DNA of 64,000 nt from Obrimoposthia wandeli (taxonomy: Eukaryota): positions 558,001-622,000 of the forward strand of contig CDROCS010000289.1 of NCBI GenBank assembly GCA_977020255.1, in the 5' to 3' direction. How positions within the stretch are numbered: the first letter of the stretch is position 1; each line of letters starts with the position of its first letter. Positions 47,168-60,130 of the stretch are shown here, piece after piece. Position numbers and translations under genes: made by a program. The notes beneath the pieces were generated by a model that was not told the DNA's origin, did not search any database, and saw only the letters and a list, made by a program, of their open reading frames with translations.

Positions 47168-48350
47168 TGTTTATGTACGTGTTGCAGCTATAATACTACT
47201 GATAATTGAAGCTACAACTGGAATAACAGCCCCTATGAAACCACCATTCTGTTTGAGAATAACATTTCATTTCCATTTTTACTTTTTATATTAGCAATAT
47301 TTAGAAGAGTTCTTCTATATTTCTTTAATACATTTTTCAGTTTTCCAACTTTTACTCGACCCAAAACTATATTATACAAAACTTGCAATATATTACAAAT
47401 ATTACAACAAAAGATGAAAATGTTTTAAGGATACTCATTATCTTAGAAAGAGCTTTGTTCAAAGCTTTAAAATATATTATTGTTAAAAAATATTCATTTT
47501 TAATATTGTTTATATTTGAAGCCATTTAAGTTTTATTTTACTTCGAACTACAGACTTGATTAATTTATTCCCTTCTTTTTTCTGGTCGTTTTTTCTTGAT
47601 CTCGTAGAATTGGCTTTTACTTTACATTTACGTTTTACTATCAACTTCTTAAAGGGCATTGCAAAATTATTTTTTATAATTGTTATCTGTTTGTTTATAA
47701 ACATTTATTCCCTTATAATTAAATATATATGTTAAAATATGTAAATCATCTGGGTAAGCTTGTGTAAAGTCAATAAATATATACCCATGTGATTGTTTAG
47801 CAGCATCGTGAAATGAATCAACTAGAAAGTTCTTATTTTGGGGAAATGTCTGTCTGGCCACGAAATCAACAACTGTTTGATCTCTAGGATTTATAAATAA
47901 AACTAAGTAATGTACATTAAGATTTATTGTTATATATGGTGACCTTCTTGGTGAAAAAGATTTTGAGTGATAAATATAACTGTTACTTCACGATGTCTTG
48001 CAATCTTTGTAAATAAATTATTAAAGTCCGATTCCTTGTTAGCCTCCTGATACAAAGCATCAATTATTATTACATCTTCTTTTTCAATCTTTTGCACCAA
48101 TTTGCATCAAATCCTTCAATAAATTTAATTCCCTTCAACTTGCAAACTTCTGTTTTGATTAATCCGCTTTTCCCTCTTCCACCATGATGCCAATGAATAT
48201 TTTTGAAACTGGAATTGAAAATATATTCACTTTGCAACAATTTACGTACGAAATGTGTCTTTCCACTTCCACTGGGACCAAATATCTTAAATATGGCCTT
48301 ATTTTTCAGCTCCATTACATAATCTATTTCATTTTAATATTTTTTATATG
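47168..48350 (-). mobile_element. Maverick relic: QNGG ORF, basic micro-ORF and disrupted packaging ATPase
   Basis: Colinear with ~3604-4790; GPSGSGKT retained in ORF 48070-48315; frameshifted. Confidence 0.95.
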
Positions 48351-49039
48351 TTTTAAAACTTTAATTATAAAGTACATTTGAGAATCATTCAAATATACAT
48401 TTTCTGTTTCATATGCTAGGATATTGAACTCAATTGCAACACATTTCATATAAAACATCATTATCAACTGCTGCAGTTTAATTTTGTTTATATGTAACTT
48501 TCCGAAAGTGTAATTTTGAACTCGTGTTTGCATCATGTGCAAAATTAACCCTATATAACACTGTTTAACCCTATCATTACAGTAGGTGGATGTGTAATTC
48601 AATATTTAATTCAATATTAGCTATAAAAAAATGAAAAGAATGCACATACATTTTATGATTTTAAAATTCAGCAATATTCAGCTTTAAAAATTGGTACACC
48701 TAGCTTGTACGTTAATATAACATTGTTTAACCTCCAATTTTTGTTTTTAAAAATGTTTTGGTGCAACAGAACATATTTAAAACCTTAAGCAATAATTTTA
48801 AAAAAAAAATTTAAAATACAAATCAACTGGAGATAGAGCTCCCATTTATATACTCGTAGAAGAGATTATTTTTTGGTTTTTCGAGAAGGTATTAAACTTT
48901 TAAATTTTCCAAACGTTTAGAGGAAATTTCATTAGAAATTCGGATAGTGGAATACTTAAGGTTTCATCACAAGCTGAAGATCGATTCTTAAAAGTACTAT
49001 AAAGCGTAATAGATTTGTTCTAGTTACAAGATTAGGGAG

Positions 49040-49620
49040 ATATTGGAAAGATGGTCCTGTCATAACAGGACGGCACAGAGAAAAGTAATTCATTTAGCTT
49101 TTATTTCTGTGTTTCAGCTAAACAAATTTCCATATCCTATAAGAAACAGAATGAAAAGGATAGCTTGTATTAAGAATTTTCTCATTATACATATTGATGG
49201 AATAACGTACTTATTAAAGTGTGGTGTATGGTAAATAAAATGTGTTTTTCTTGTTGTATAAAGAACATTACCGCTATGGTAAAGCATCAATAATTATGTG
49301 GGATGCGATGTGGTTAAACAGACAAAGGGAATATGTCTTTATCAAAGAGAACTTAAAACCCGAATATTACGTCAAAAGAATAATTTTGCCACAAGTTATA
49401 CCGATGATACAAGAGCAGGATAACGCAACTCTTATATTTAGAAAAAAAGTTTCTACTTTCAATGATGTTCCATTCCTTGGTCAAGGAGTCTTGACTTATT
49501 TCAAGTTTAACATCTTCGACAAAATTGTAAGAGTATTATCTGAAAGAGAACATGATCAATAAAAAAAAATATTGTCAGAAATTTAATCAATAGGGTAACA
49601 AGAAGATTAGCCGAATGTGT
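49040..49620 (+). mobile_element. Tc1-like transposase relic
   Basis: GKASIIMWDAM...YVFI...L...YY...IL.QVIP...QDNA. Confidence 0.6.
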
Positions 49621-52600
49621 TTCTAAACATCAATGATTCACTTGATATTGAAAAACTGTTTTTCTCATTTACTTTTGATACTTTATTTTAATTTGACGCC
49701 TTTTCTCTCGTCATTTTCGTAAAATATATAGATTAAAAAAGATTTTATTGTATGAGCGAGATTTTTTCCAAAGCTTTTTTAAGATTTTTCCCACTTATAT
49801 AATATAATTGTTAATCAACTATTGAATCCCGTTGTTTACGACCATTGCTTTGACTCAAATACAGACAGAGTGTATCGATGTCTAAGATGATAGCATAACA
49901 TAAATAGACAAAATGTGCACGGATATTTCCTCTCCCCAATGCATATGCAATTTTTTAAAAATGATAAAATTATAGCATAGAATTATTGCCAAACAAGTTT
50001 CAGAATCCTTTTAGTTAATTTAATTATTTAATTTAGGAAATCGAATGTCAAAGTTTGAGTTTATGGTGTTCAGTCCTGCCTACGAAGAGTTCAGAAAAGT
50101 ACCCAGCCAAACGAACAATAATATCATTAAATGATGATGATAAGTTTAGTTTGGAATATTTGGAAAGATGCGAGCCAGACCATTTGAAACAATACATAAT
50201 TTTTGTAGGAAACCCTTCGGCCAAATGTTCAAGAGACAAAACTGACTTTTATTAAGCAATATACTTACAGTCTGATCTTAATCAATGCACTAAAGAGCTC
50301 CAAGTGGAAAATGAGATAGGTAAACGAAATAAAAGCTGATTAACTATTCAATAATATAAAATTATTTTTCGTAACAAAACTTTGAGAAAACATTTTTTAT
50401 TCTTTAATTGTATACGTTTAGTAATCAGAATCCAGAAATATGTTACCGATATAATTTCTTTAGAAAGTATTGAATAAATGAAAGCATATTCTGATTGTAG
50501 AATCTGACTCTTCTGGATTATGTCTACCGAGAAACACGAAACTGTATATATAAAGCTTAATTTATTTAACCTTTTTAATAGAAACTAATGGAGATTGAAG
50601 ATAAAATTAGATCTAATTTTTAAATATTACATTTATCGTATTTTATATTATTACAATTAATTTCATAATTTTAAAAATAAATCTTAACATATCTTTAAAA
50701 TGATAGATACTTCAAGATATAAGAGACAAATAAAACACTTAAGATTTTTTTCACTTCAAAAGATTTATTGTAGAAAATTTTGCATGATATTTGAGAGAAA
50801 AAACTTGTGTCCACTGATATCAATGTTTTATTTAAATAAACTTTTTGAGCTAAAACATCCAAAAATTGCCTTAAATAGCCAAAAGAAATTAACATCCGTA
50901 TCAAAAATAATTAAAAGAGTCGGTTTTCGAATTTATATTCTTGTCCTTATCTAATACTAATGGGATGCAGGCAGTCGAAGAAATTGCACACATTCCATTA
51001 CTTCGGGGTTGAATTTTGATGTACTTAGCAACTTTGGTAGCGACTTAGCAACTCATTTCTTGTTCATAATATTGTCCATTTCCCACCAGCAAATCTCCGC
51101 TTATTGTCCATGTTAATATCTGTTTATTATTTATGGGAGAATTGAGGGCACTATCTAAATATGAACATGTAGCTGGTCTGGAGAGACTTGAGTCGCAGCT
51201 TCATCATCATCATCATCGACCAACCTCCGATGAGAAGCGATATCTCGGGGAATCTCGGAAACGGGCTCCATTGGGCTAAGAGTCCAGAACAAAAAGAAAG
51301 ACAAACAGTCTGGCTGTATGACAGCTTGGATCATTGTCTGGAAAACACGAAATCAATTACAAAGGCAGAAGCAACAGCCGCAGCAGACGCAACTTCTTCG
51401 TGTGATGGGAAAACAGAACATCAGAGCCGAACAGTTGTTACTGTGTCATGATGGAATACCAGGAGGAATACCAATCCTTAAATAAACACATCGTCAATAG
51501 TACCAATTCTTTTTCTTCTCTTTTATTTACCTTCATTTTAGTACTGTTTTAACTTATTTGCCCAAGAAAATCGCTCTGACACAAACAGTGTGTGGATGCT
51601 TTCGATTCATTTTGCTGAGAAGTTTGGAAATTCAAGCCTTCTTTTAACTATTCATGTCCAGAATAATATGATTACGTTAGGGATGAAGGTGATGTTGTGT
51701 TTAAGATAGAGCCATATGCTGAAAACGTAATAGGTACTGTTAAATTTGTAAGCAACGAAAAGAAAATTTATTAATATTTTAGAGAATTCCCTATGTTTAT
51801 TAAGAAAAACTCTTTTTAGATATAAATTCACTTTAACTTGTGTAAATTATCCTTTTGAATGCTCTTCTTATTTAAAACAATTATATAAATAGAAGTTGTA
51901 ACTTAAAGATAAATTAATAATATGCCATAAGCAAACTTAAAATAAATATTAAATTCAAAATATTATAAAAAGTTTGACTTTAAAACTAGCTGAAATAATA
52001 TTTTTTGTACCTATGTATGATTTTATGAAGAAAAATTTTAGAACATAAATTGTTTTTAAATTGTATTTTTGTGACGTGATTTCCTTTGCAATTTTTAAAA
52101 AATCTTAATTTACATCTTAAAACAAATTTGATGAGAATTTTAAAATGAATGCCCAGTGGATCCATTTGGGAAAATAAAGATAGCAAGGTTGAATGAAATT
52201 GTTTGAAAATATGTGAAAATTTGAAAAATATCGCTGCTAATTGCAAAGCTAACAACACAGGCTCTAGTTTGAGACTTTTAATACGATCTCTGAACCAGAT
52301 TTAGTGGAAATTAGGATAGTGTATGTGTGTTCCGTTGAATACAAAATTGATGCAGAATGTGTGGTTTTCCAGTCAAGAGCTTTTAAACTCAAAGCCGACG
52401 TATACTTAAATGTTTGTTAATATTCTCCCCACTAGAATGAATTCTTCGATTGATAATGGCAGTGATATTTCCGTTAGTGTTTGCCTGACAGAGCTGTGAA
52501 AACAACATTCTGTAGATTAAATATATTAGCATGATGATATGTTTGTAAACTAGCACATTGAAAATTTACAGACCTCCTGCTTCAGAGCATTAGTTAGTAT

Positions 52601-53839
52601 TTGCTCTACAATATTACAATGTTGCGAAACAAAAAATATTGGTATAGATGACTTGATGACTTGATAGCTATGAGTCTTGACAAAAGATACCATTATGGTG
52701 GCGAAAATATCGAATTAAAACTTCCAAAAATTAGTATCTGTACTTCATTTTTTGTCATTTATTTTCTAACCATTGTAACAATTTGTAAAAATTCAAGAAC
52801 AGCTGAAGATTTCACAGCTTAGAAAATTTTATGAAAAAAAGGGAAAACAACAAGAACCATGAGTAATAAATCATATATATATATATTACACATTAGTGCT
52901 ATATTAAATGTATTATTTTTAATGTTATTGGTATTATTGGTATTATAATAAACAGTGAATTATTATTATATTTGACCCACTGATTTTCGCTTATAACCTT
53001 TTTTGGATGAAAATGACCTTGAAAATTGTCATAATAACGTTGATTTAGAACAGTGTCAGTTTTTTTTGTATTAATTATTCTTCCTTTCAAAATTGGCTAT
53101 CAAAGAATATATTCGAAAGTGTTTATGTGAAAAAACAATCGCAGCCGAGAAATTTGATGAATACAGAGCGACAAGTTACTAAAGATGTCATTTAAAGTGG
53201 TGCTTATTTTAATGAATACTAAAATTCAGAGAAAATATTCCATTTATGAGCTAAATAAAACTGAGAATTGTACAATTTGGTGTTAAACGCCGGGCTAAAA
53301 ATGCTCAACAATTTCCCTTGCTGCTATTAGCCATATGTAACGATATGGTTGGTTAGCATCGCCGCGCAGTCACACATAGATCCTCACATTTAGACTGTGA
53401 CTGGTCTCACCTCAACTCATTTGACTGAATTACCTTCAGAAAAGGTCTTCTCTGAGAATGATACCCTCATTGTCAACTGTGTGTCAACAAATGGATATTT
53501 CTGGAGTCACTTAGAAGCTAGAAAGCTGCTATAAATTCCCGAAACAAAGAAAAACATCAGATACGAAACAAAGATATACATTTTATAAATGTTTTAACGT
53601 TAAAATAACAAATAGTTTTCTAGAATTCTATCTTTTTTGATATTATTTAATTATACTAAAGTAATATATAATTGTGCATGCTGGTCGAAATGTAATAAAA
53701 TGAAATATACGAAATAAAAATAAGGAACCTTATTATAAATATAATAAAGAAGCATTTTGAATTTAATGTTATATATGTTATTAAATATTAAGTTACTTTG
53801 TTCTATGTTATTATTAATTTATGATTATAAACGAGCAAA

Positions 53840-54600
53840 ATTAAAATATGAAAATTAATGAAGGGGAAACGTTCAAAGATGTAGCAAGGTTCTTAAATTT
53901 ACAACCGAAATACTATATCGTACTTTAAAAATAATTTGCATAATGATGTAAAGGGAGAAAGAAGACATGATCCGAAAATTTTAAAATGGCAATAAGTTCT
54001 TATCGGAAGGTAAAACAAAATGTTAACTGTTCTCATGGAAAATGTTAGTTTTCGGACTTTACAAAAGTTCCTGAAGGAAGATTGGTAGTTTATACTTGAA
54101 AATTGTAGAAAGAGAAATTGTAGAATAAGGACGAAATTGTAGAATGCAGATGTTCGCTTTACGGTTCTGATTATTTTTTATCTAGGCAGCTTGATGATGA
54201 GGAATAAATGCCTTCGCGGTAAAGTGCAACTTTCGGAGGAGACTCTAAATGTTACACGAAACCATCGCTTATGGGGTTTCTTCGAAATAATAAAAGTAAT
54301 GCAATATCAATGGTGATAAATATCGGAATTTTTTGCAATCTAATGTTTTAACTGAACTCTCTTCTTTCCACCAGAACGAATTTTGGTTTCAGCATGACAA
54401 TGCTCAATATCATAGATAAAATTGGTTAAAGATTACCTTCAATCTAGAAACATGAATCTGTTCAATGACCTCCATTCAGTCCCGACATTTTCATTAAAGA
54501 ATGGGTAGGGAAGAAATTAAAAGACGGTGTATAATGAACCCGACCTAATGACTTTGTTCGAATTGTGGCAAATAATTTCTGATGCTGCTGAAAAAATAAA
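53840..54600 (+). mobile_element. Tc1-like transposase relic
   Basis: FWFQHDNAQYH...VKDYLQ...*PPFSPD...W...LKRR. Confidence 0.7.
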
Positions 54601-55454
54601 GTGAGAAGAGGGTTTATAAATCGTCTCTATTTTTATACAGAAAAAAAAAAGTTTTATATTATTTATTTTATTGTTATTTTTGTGAGCTTAGTTAATGATT
54701 CGCATTTTCGGAATCAAAATTTCATTGAATTATATTTAAATTTCAATTATATCGAGCAAATTAAATTGTAATGGTTTATATTTTAGTTCTTAATTAATAT
54801 AACATGGAAAAATATGTAGCAAATTCTTCTTATAAATGTGTCTTCTTTTCAATTTCAAATTCGATGCAACAGTTTCATGCCCAATTATTAATTCGTTGAG
54901 TATACTTTTTTGAATTACATAATACATTTTAGGCAGATAAAAATATGAAACTTTCGTCAGTAAATACTTTTTAAAATAAATTCATATTTATAAAAGTTAC
55001 TTAAAGCCTATTATGAATTTAAAACTATATAATTTCAAGTAATAACTGCATCTCATCTACGTAACATGTTCGAAAGGTTTTGATAATCGTAGTATATGTG
55101 CTTTCTTGAAAAGGTTAAAATTTATATTTTTATTTCAAATATATTCGTTAAATAACAAGATAAATTTTAGAAATCTCAATCAAATCGAACAGTTATTTGA
55201 ATAATGGCATAAAATTGAATTTAGAATTTCAACTTATAGAAAAAAAAATGGAATTCACTAAAGAAAATCAGCGTTTTTATTGTAATATAAATGCTAAAGT
55301 TTCTTTTACACTTATTTTTATTGAATGCATGTCTGGAGGAAGGTTCTATTCTAATTTCTGAGAAAAAGCTTTTATAGAACAAACATGATTTTTACTGATC
55401 ATTTAATAGAAGTCAACTGAAACTTTTAAAGTTTTGAGAACTTGAAATAATCCG

Positions 55455-55655
55455 CTTGGTGCAGAATATCACACGTCAATATTTGAATAATCTTTATATT
55501 ATATTTCGATGAATAAACGATGTCATTATCATATTTATTTCGATTAACCTTCGCTGTAAACTGTTTCAAAATGAAATTTAACAATTTATGTAATAACTAA
55601 TCGAAATATAATATAAAGATTATTCAAATATTGATGTGTGATATTCTGCACCAAG
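55455..55655. mobile_element. 201-bp foldback/MITE-like element with 56-bp inverted arms
   Basis: 55455-55510 is the reverse complement of 55600-55655 with one mismatch; no TSD seen. Confidence 0.8.
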
Positions 55656-56494
55656 AAGGCTTGTATGTTTCTGTATAGTGTAACGACAAAATAAATATGT
55701 TACAAGAAAATTGTAAATCGTCTGGGTCAGAAAGTTATTCGATTAAGCAGATTGTGATTGAGTGTTTGCTATCTGAAAATGAATTCTCTTCATTTGAAGT
55801 TCTTCTAGAGACCTATGCACCTCAATTTCTTTCGAATATGATTATTTCGCTTCTAGACTGCTCAGAGTTTACTTATCAACTGATGCATAGAAATCATAAA
55901 AACTTATTATATTCATAAAATAAAACCATAGTTTTCGCTAAATAAATCGCTATCGCAGTTGAATGGCGTTGCTTGAATATTTATTTTATCTAAACAATAA
56001 GGCAATAATAATTAAATTAGAACTCTATTGTACATTTAAGACAATTCCGTTGTGTTTAAAATTCATTTTCTTCTGCTTAACAAAATATTACTTTTAAAAT
56101 TATATTAAAATTTCAGATAGGTTAAATTATTAACCATCAAACTATTTTCATTTTTACTATGTAATCTCAGTTTGATTTAAGTTTCTTCAGTCGTAGCGAT
56201 GGATAAAAAATTATTTATTTCCCCTTTTATGCTAATGATGCACAATTTTATTTTTATTTTAAATTTATGACTGAAATCACATTATTTGAAAATGAAAATC
56301 TTAATAATGAAGTAGATTAAAGTAAAATAAAGAACAGTAGCTGCAACCTTGATGAAATATTAAAATAAATTGTCAAATTAATAAAGTCTTAAGAATATGC
56401 AACAATCATATCGAAATTAATTAACTCTTTATGATTGTATGACTGAAATATAACATAATTCTAGCAATAAAATTTAATTTTTAAAATTGATTTG

Positions 56495-57060
56495 GTTCAA
56501 TCAAATTCGATGATTAAATTACATAAATCAATTAGATTTATGTCTTTGTTACAAATTAGTAGGAGTCATTAGAAAAGAATCATTATGAATGCATTCATAT
56601 CAATGACAATTATCAATGATGGAAGAGAGTCAACAAATTCTGAGTGGTGATGAAAGTTGAAAAACAGTTCCACATTACATATTCGATAAGAATGAATTTT
56701 ATATCCGAGGAGCTGATTCATAATTTATAGGAATCAGGAAAATAAATTGATATTGATGCATTTTCGAAAAAGAATCTATTGACTGTAACAATTTGACTTT
56801 ATGATTATAGGAAGGATGAAATTTAACTACTTTTTTCTTTCTATGTTACTTTATATTTAATTTTGCCGTGTTTCTTTCATTTGTATATTTCTGCATGTAA
56901 TAAATTTTAATAAGTTTTATTTTTAAAATTTCATTTCATAACATTTGTATCTTGTTTAAAAATATTTTTATATAAACATTTGTTTTCTTCAATGAGTTTT
57001 ATTTTTTAGAATGTACCCTTTTCTTAGTTATGGACGAAAATGTTATTACCCTAAAATATT
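56495..57060 (+). mobile_element. Maverick relic: part of divergent promoter, internally deleted gene A and start of gene B
   Basis: Colinear with ~5714-6480. A ~190-bp deletion joins ...GATGAA to AGTTGAAAA via GAA microhomology. Confidence 0.85.
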
Positions 57061-57329
57061 TATCTGATGTAAGCTTGAATGGTCAGCCAAATCACCTGAT
57101 CTTATCCCACCTGTTTGCTTCTAAGCCACGATATAATGGTGGGCTGAAACAAAGTATTATTCAATGTGAATGGGACTAAATTTCTGATGACACTTACAGG
57201 AAAGTAAGTCGCACTTTTGTAAGACGATTTTTCTTTTATATTAGATTGTGGGGTAATTCCTTTTTAGTTGTGAATGGGCTGGGAAATATGACGTTGCAAT
57301 TTTCTAAAAAATATAGGGTTAGATAAACC

Positions 57330-57790
57330 TAAGTATTATTTAGATACGCAAACAATGGAGGCTGGACAATAGAATTGATCTATTTATCTCCGAATGAAAT
57401 CTTGAGGATCATCAATCAAGCGCTGTTGTCTCTAGATATCGTGATCCCTGGTGTGGTACGACTATCACTGACAAGCATCTGAAATCGAGCTTTGAAAGAT
57501 AACCACCATCGAACGGAGCAGAGCCAATTCGGATCCATTGAACGTCTGAATTAATGACCATTTAATTCCAGAATTTATATTGCCACTTGTACGATGAACA
57601 CTCTCATAATTCATTTTAGGGCAGTATAAACCGAAATAACCGCTCTCTTTTCCCCTCGTATTTCAGATAGATTGAAAGGATAATCCAAGCCATTAACGAG
57701 TACTGGACACTGTTGAAAAATAAGACTGGACATCGATCCTAGGTCTTTGGAATACGTTTCTTTCAAAACTTTTGGTCTCATATAAATGTA
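57330..57790 (-). mobile_element. Possible decayed rve integrase fragment
   Basis: LIQTFNGSE and SYHT resemble IQTDNGxEF and PYHP. Confidence 0.35.
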
Positions 57791-59929
57791 GTTTTGGGAA
57801 AGTTTGAAGCATTAATTATGTCATTTGGTTTTAGCTTTACTTCGAGCGGGAATATTCGGGGTTTAGCAGAGCGGCAACACAATTCATTTCACAGCAGTTT
57901 ATTTTTCTCATATGTCTTTCATTATGACAAAATATTTAAGCACCAGTCCAAAGTAGTGACCATTACAAATTATAAATCGTACTATATATTATATTCGATT
58001 TAAAAATCTAGGATTATGTTATAAACTATTTCAAACTCAGGTTTATAACGCTCGGGGAAATATTGAATTTGGCCTTTAATATTGGAAAGATAAAGACTTT
58101 GAAAGAATTTCTATTTCATGTGGCGTATATAGCTAGAAAAATTAAGTAAGTTATCAGAAACTTTATAAAACGTAAGAAATATTTACAGATTTTATAAGTG
58201 CTTCATTGAGTCAAACTTTCGATTTTAAACAAAATGTGGCCCCGGGTGTTCATGCGAAGCACCTGCCACAGATGAACGTCAAATGATCGTCAAACAAAAA
58301 TCATCTAATCACACCTGAAGAAATTATAATTTCCTAACTATAAATAATTATTAAAAACCAGTTTAAATATTTTCAGATTTAGTTATCTTCCCATATTGTT
58401 ACTAAAATAGAACATTCATTAAAATGATTTTCTTTGTGGAAGAAATAACTGTGAATAAATGCAAAATGGAAAAAGCAATCAAATTCGTGTTAAAATGTCA
58501 TCAGTTGGTCGTTCAAATAGATATTATTGTATAAATGTGTTCAATTATTCTGTTTCATTCATTTTTAGATTGTTTTGGTGCTTCTTCAGGATCAATTAAT
58601 TTCATTTTCTATCGTGTAGAAATTCAGCAGTTCCAAATTTATTATTCTGAAAACTTATTAAAAATAATTGATAAAAACAGGTGTCCAATTATCCAAAAAA
58701 TTATAAAGGTACCTATATAACAACTAATGTAAACTTTATTAATCATAAACTTGTATAAATGTTTATACACACTTTAATATTTTTTTTGAAAGTATTTTAT
58801 TTATAATAAACAAAATACAATATGATTTAATTTGTTTATAAATTAAAAAGATACTTATTAAAAGAGAGCGCTTATATTTGTAGAAAGCTTAAGTAATGAT
58901 AAATGTTTATTATTCTCCATTTACAGCGCATGACAGGAAACTTGTGCTATCCTATAAGAGCCAGTATGCCAATAAATACTTTTGTTTCAGCATCAGTCTC
59001 TTCCTGAATAATATTCCTTCGAGATTCTGGCATTTTAATCATATGGTCATGGCTTAGAACTACTATTTCCTATGTAATGATTCAAAACATCAAAAGCACC
59101 TCCATCGTCATTGAACTTCGATTGTATTACTTAATCTTCACTATCATCATGTATTCTTGTCTCATATATGCCTAGAAAATCATTTGGATATATTCTTGAT
59201 CGTCGTCATCTAACTGTCAAACTGCATCATCTGAATTATCAGCATACAACAGCAACAAAAGCCACCTCAACTTTTTTATAAAAGTTCATTTGAAATATAA
59301 AATGTAAATTAATTTGAATATAAGAATTACAGAGATTTAGATGACAGCAAAAAAATACATAAAGGGTTTTATCGACAAAATGAAAAACATTAAAAAAAGA
59401 AATTGTAAGTCATATAACGTCGATGTGTTTAAGTGGGATGGAAGTAAGAAACGGTTTAGCTAAATAAAGAAAGTTAACATTACCTCTATTTAAAGGACAA
59501 TTTTACAAATACTCAAGTTGTAAGGTTAAATTCGATTTATTGATTGAAAATGTGGTGGGTGACAGTGAAAGTATCGAAATGTGTTGAAGGATGTTGAAAG
59601 ATGTAAAGTAATATGTTATGGAGATAGCAAAGACTTAGAGAGATATTCTTATGAAGAATATATTTAACATTTACACGACTCAGTAAGCATTGCTAAAAAG
59701 TCATTTCACATATTAGTTCTAGAGTTATGAAGTGAGAATTAAGCGAAATACAAGGATATTACCTCGAAACATTGTTTTAATGGACCCAGTAAACTGCATA
59801 CGAATAGAGAGACGCAAATTAAATAGTACAACGGACGGACGGACCAATCAAGGTTTATTCGAAAATAAGCTAAATAAATATGGTGAACATATAAAAATAT
59901 TAGATGAGTAAAACTGAAATTGTACAGAA

Positions 59930-60130
59930 AAACTATACATCAATCAGTGCAGTGCACTTAAGAAATTATCCGTGGAAGACCAATTGGAAAGGTAAAAAAC
60001 AAAATATTATGTAACACGTGTTTTAAAAGGTCATTAGGCAAAAGATTGTAAACGCAGACAATTATGTCATATTCATGGATGCAGTGAAAGCTAACATCAG
60101 CTGTTACCCACAAAAATGAACCGAAAGATT
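59930..60130 (+). mobile_element. BEL/Pao gag zinc-knuckle relic
   Basis: QCSALKKLSVEDQ...KGH*AKDC...CHIHGC...HQLL matches the BEL/Pao triple Cys-His pattern. Confidence 0.7.

Noticed and set aside
51030-51050. Minus-strand CGC TAC CAA (RYQ) as the missing DRYQ exon end
   Set aside because: Preceded by Ser not Asp, nearby stops, no donor and no TM3 upstream.
53336-53580. Possible short solo LTR (TGTAAC...ATACA)
   Set aside because: No TSD and no second copy in the window.
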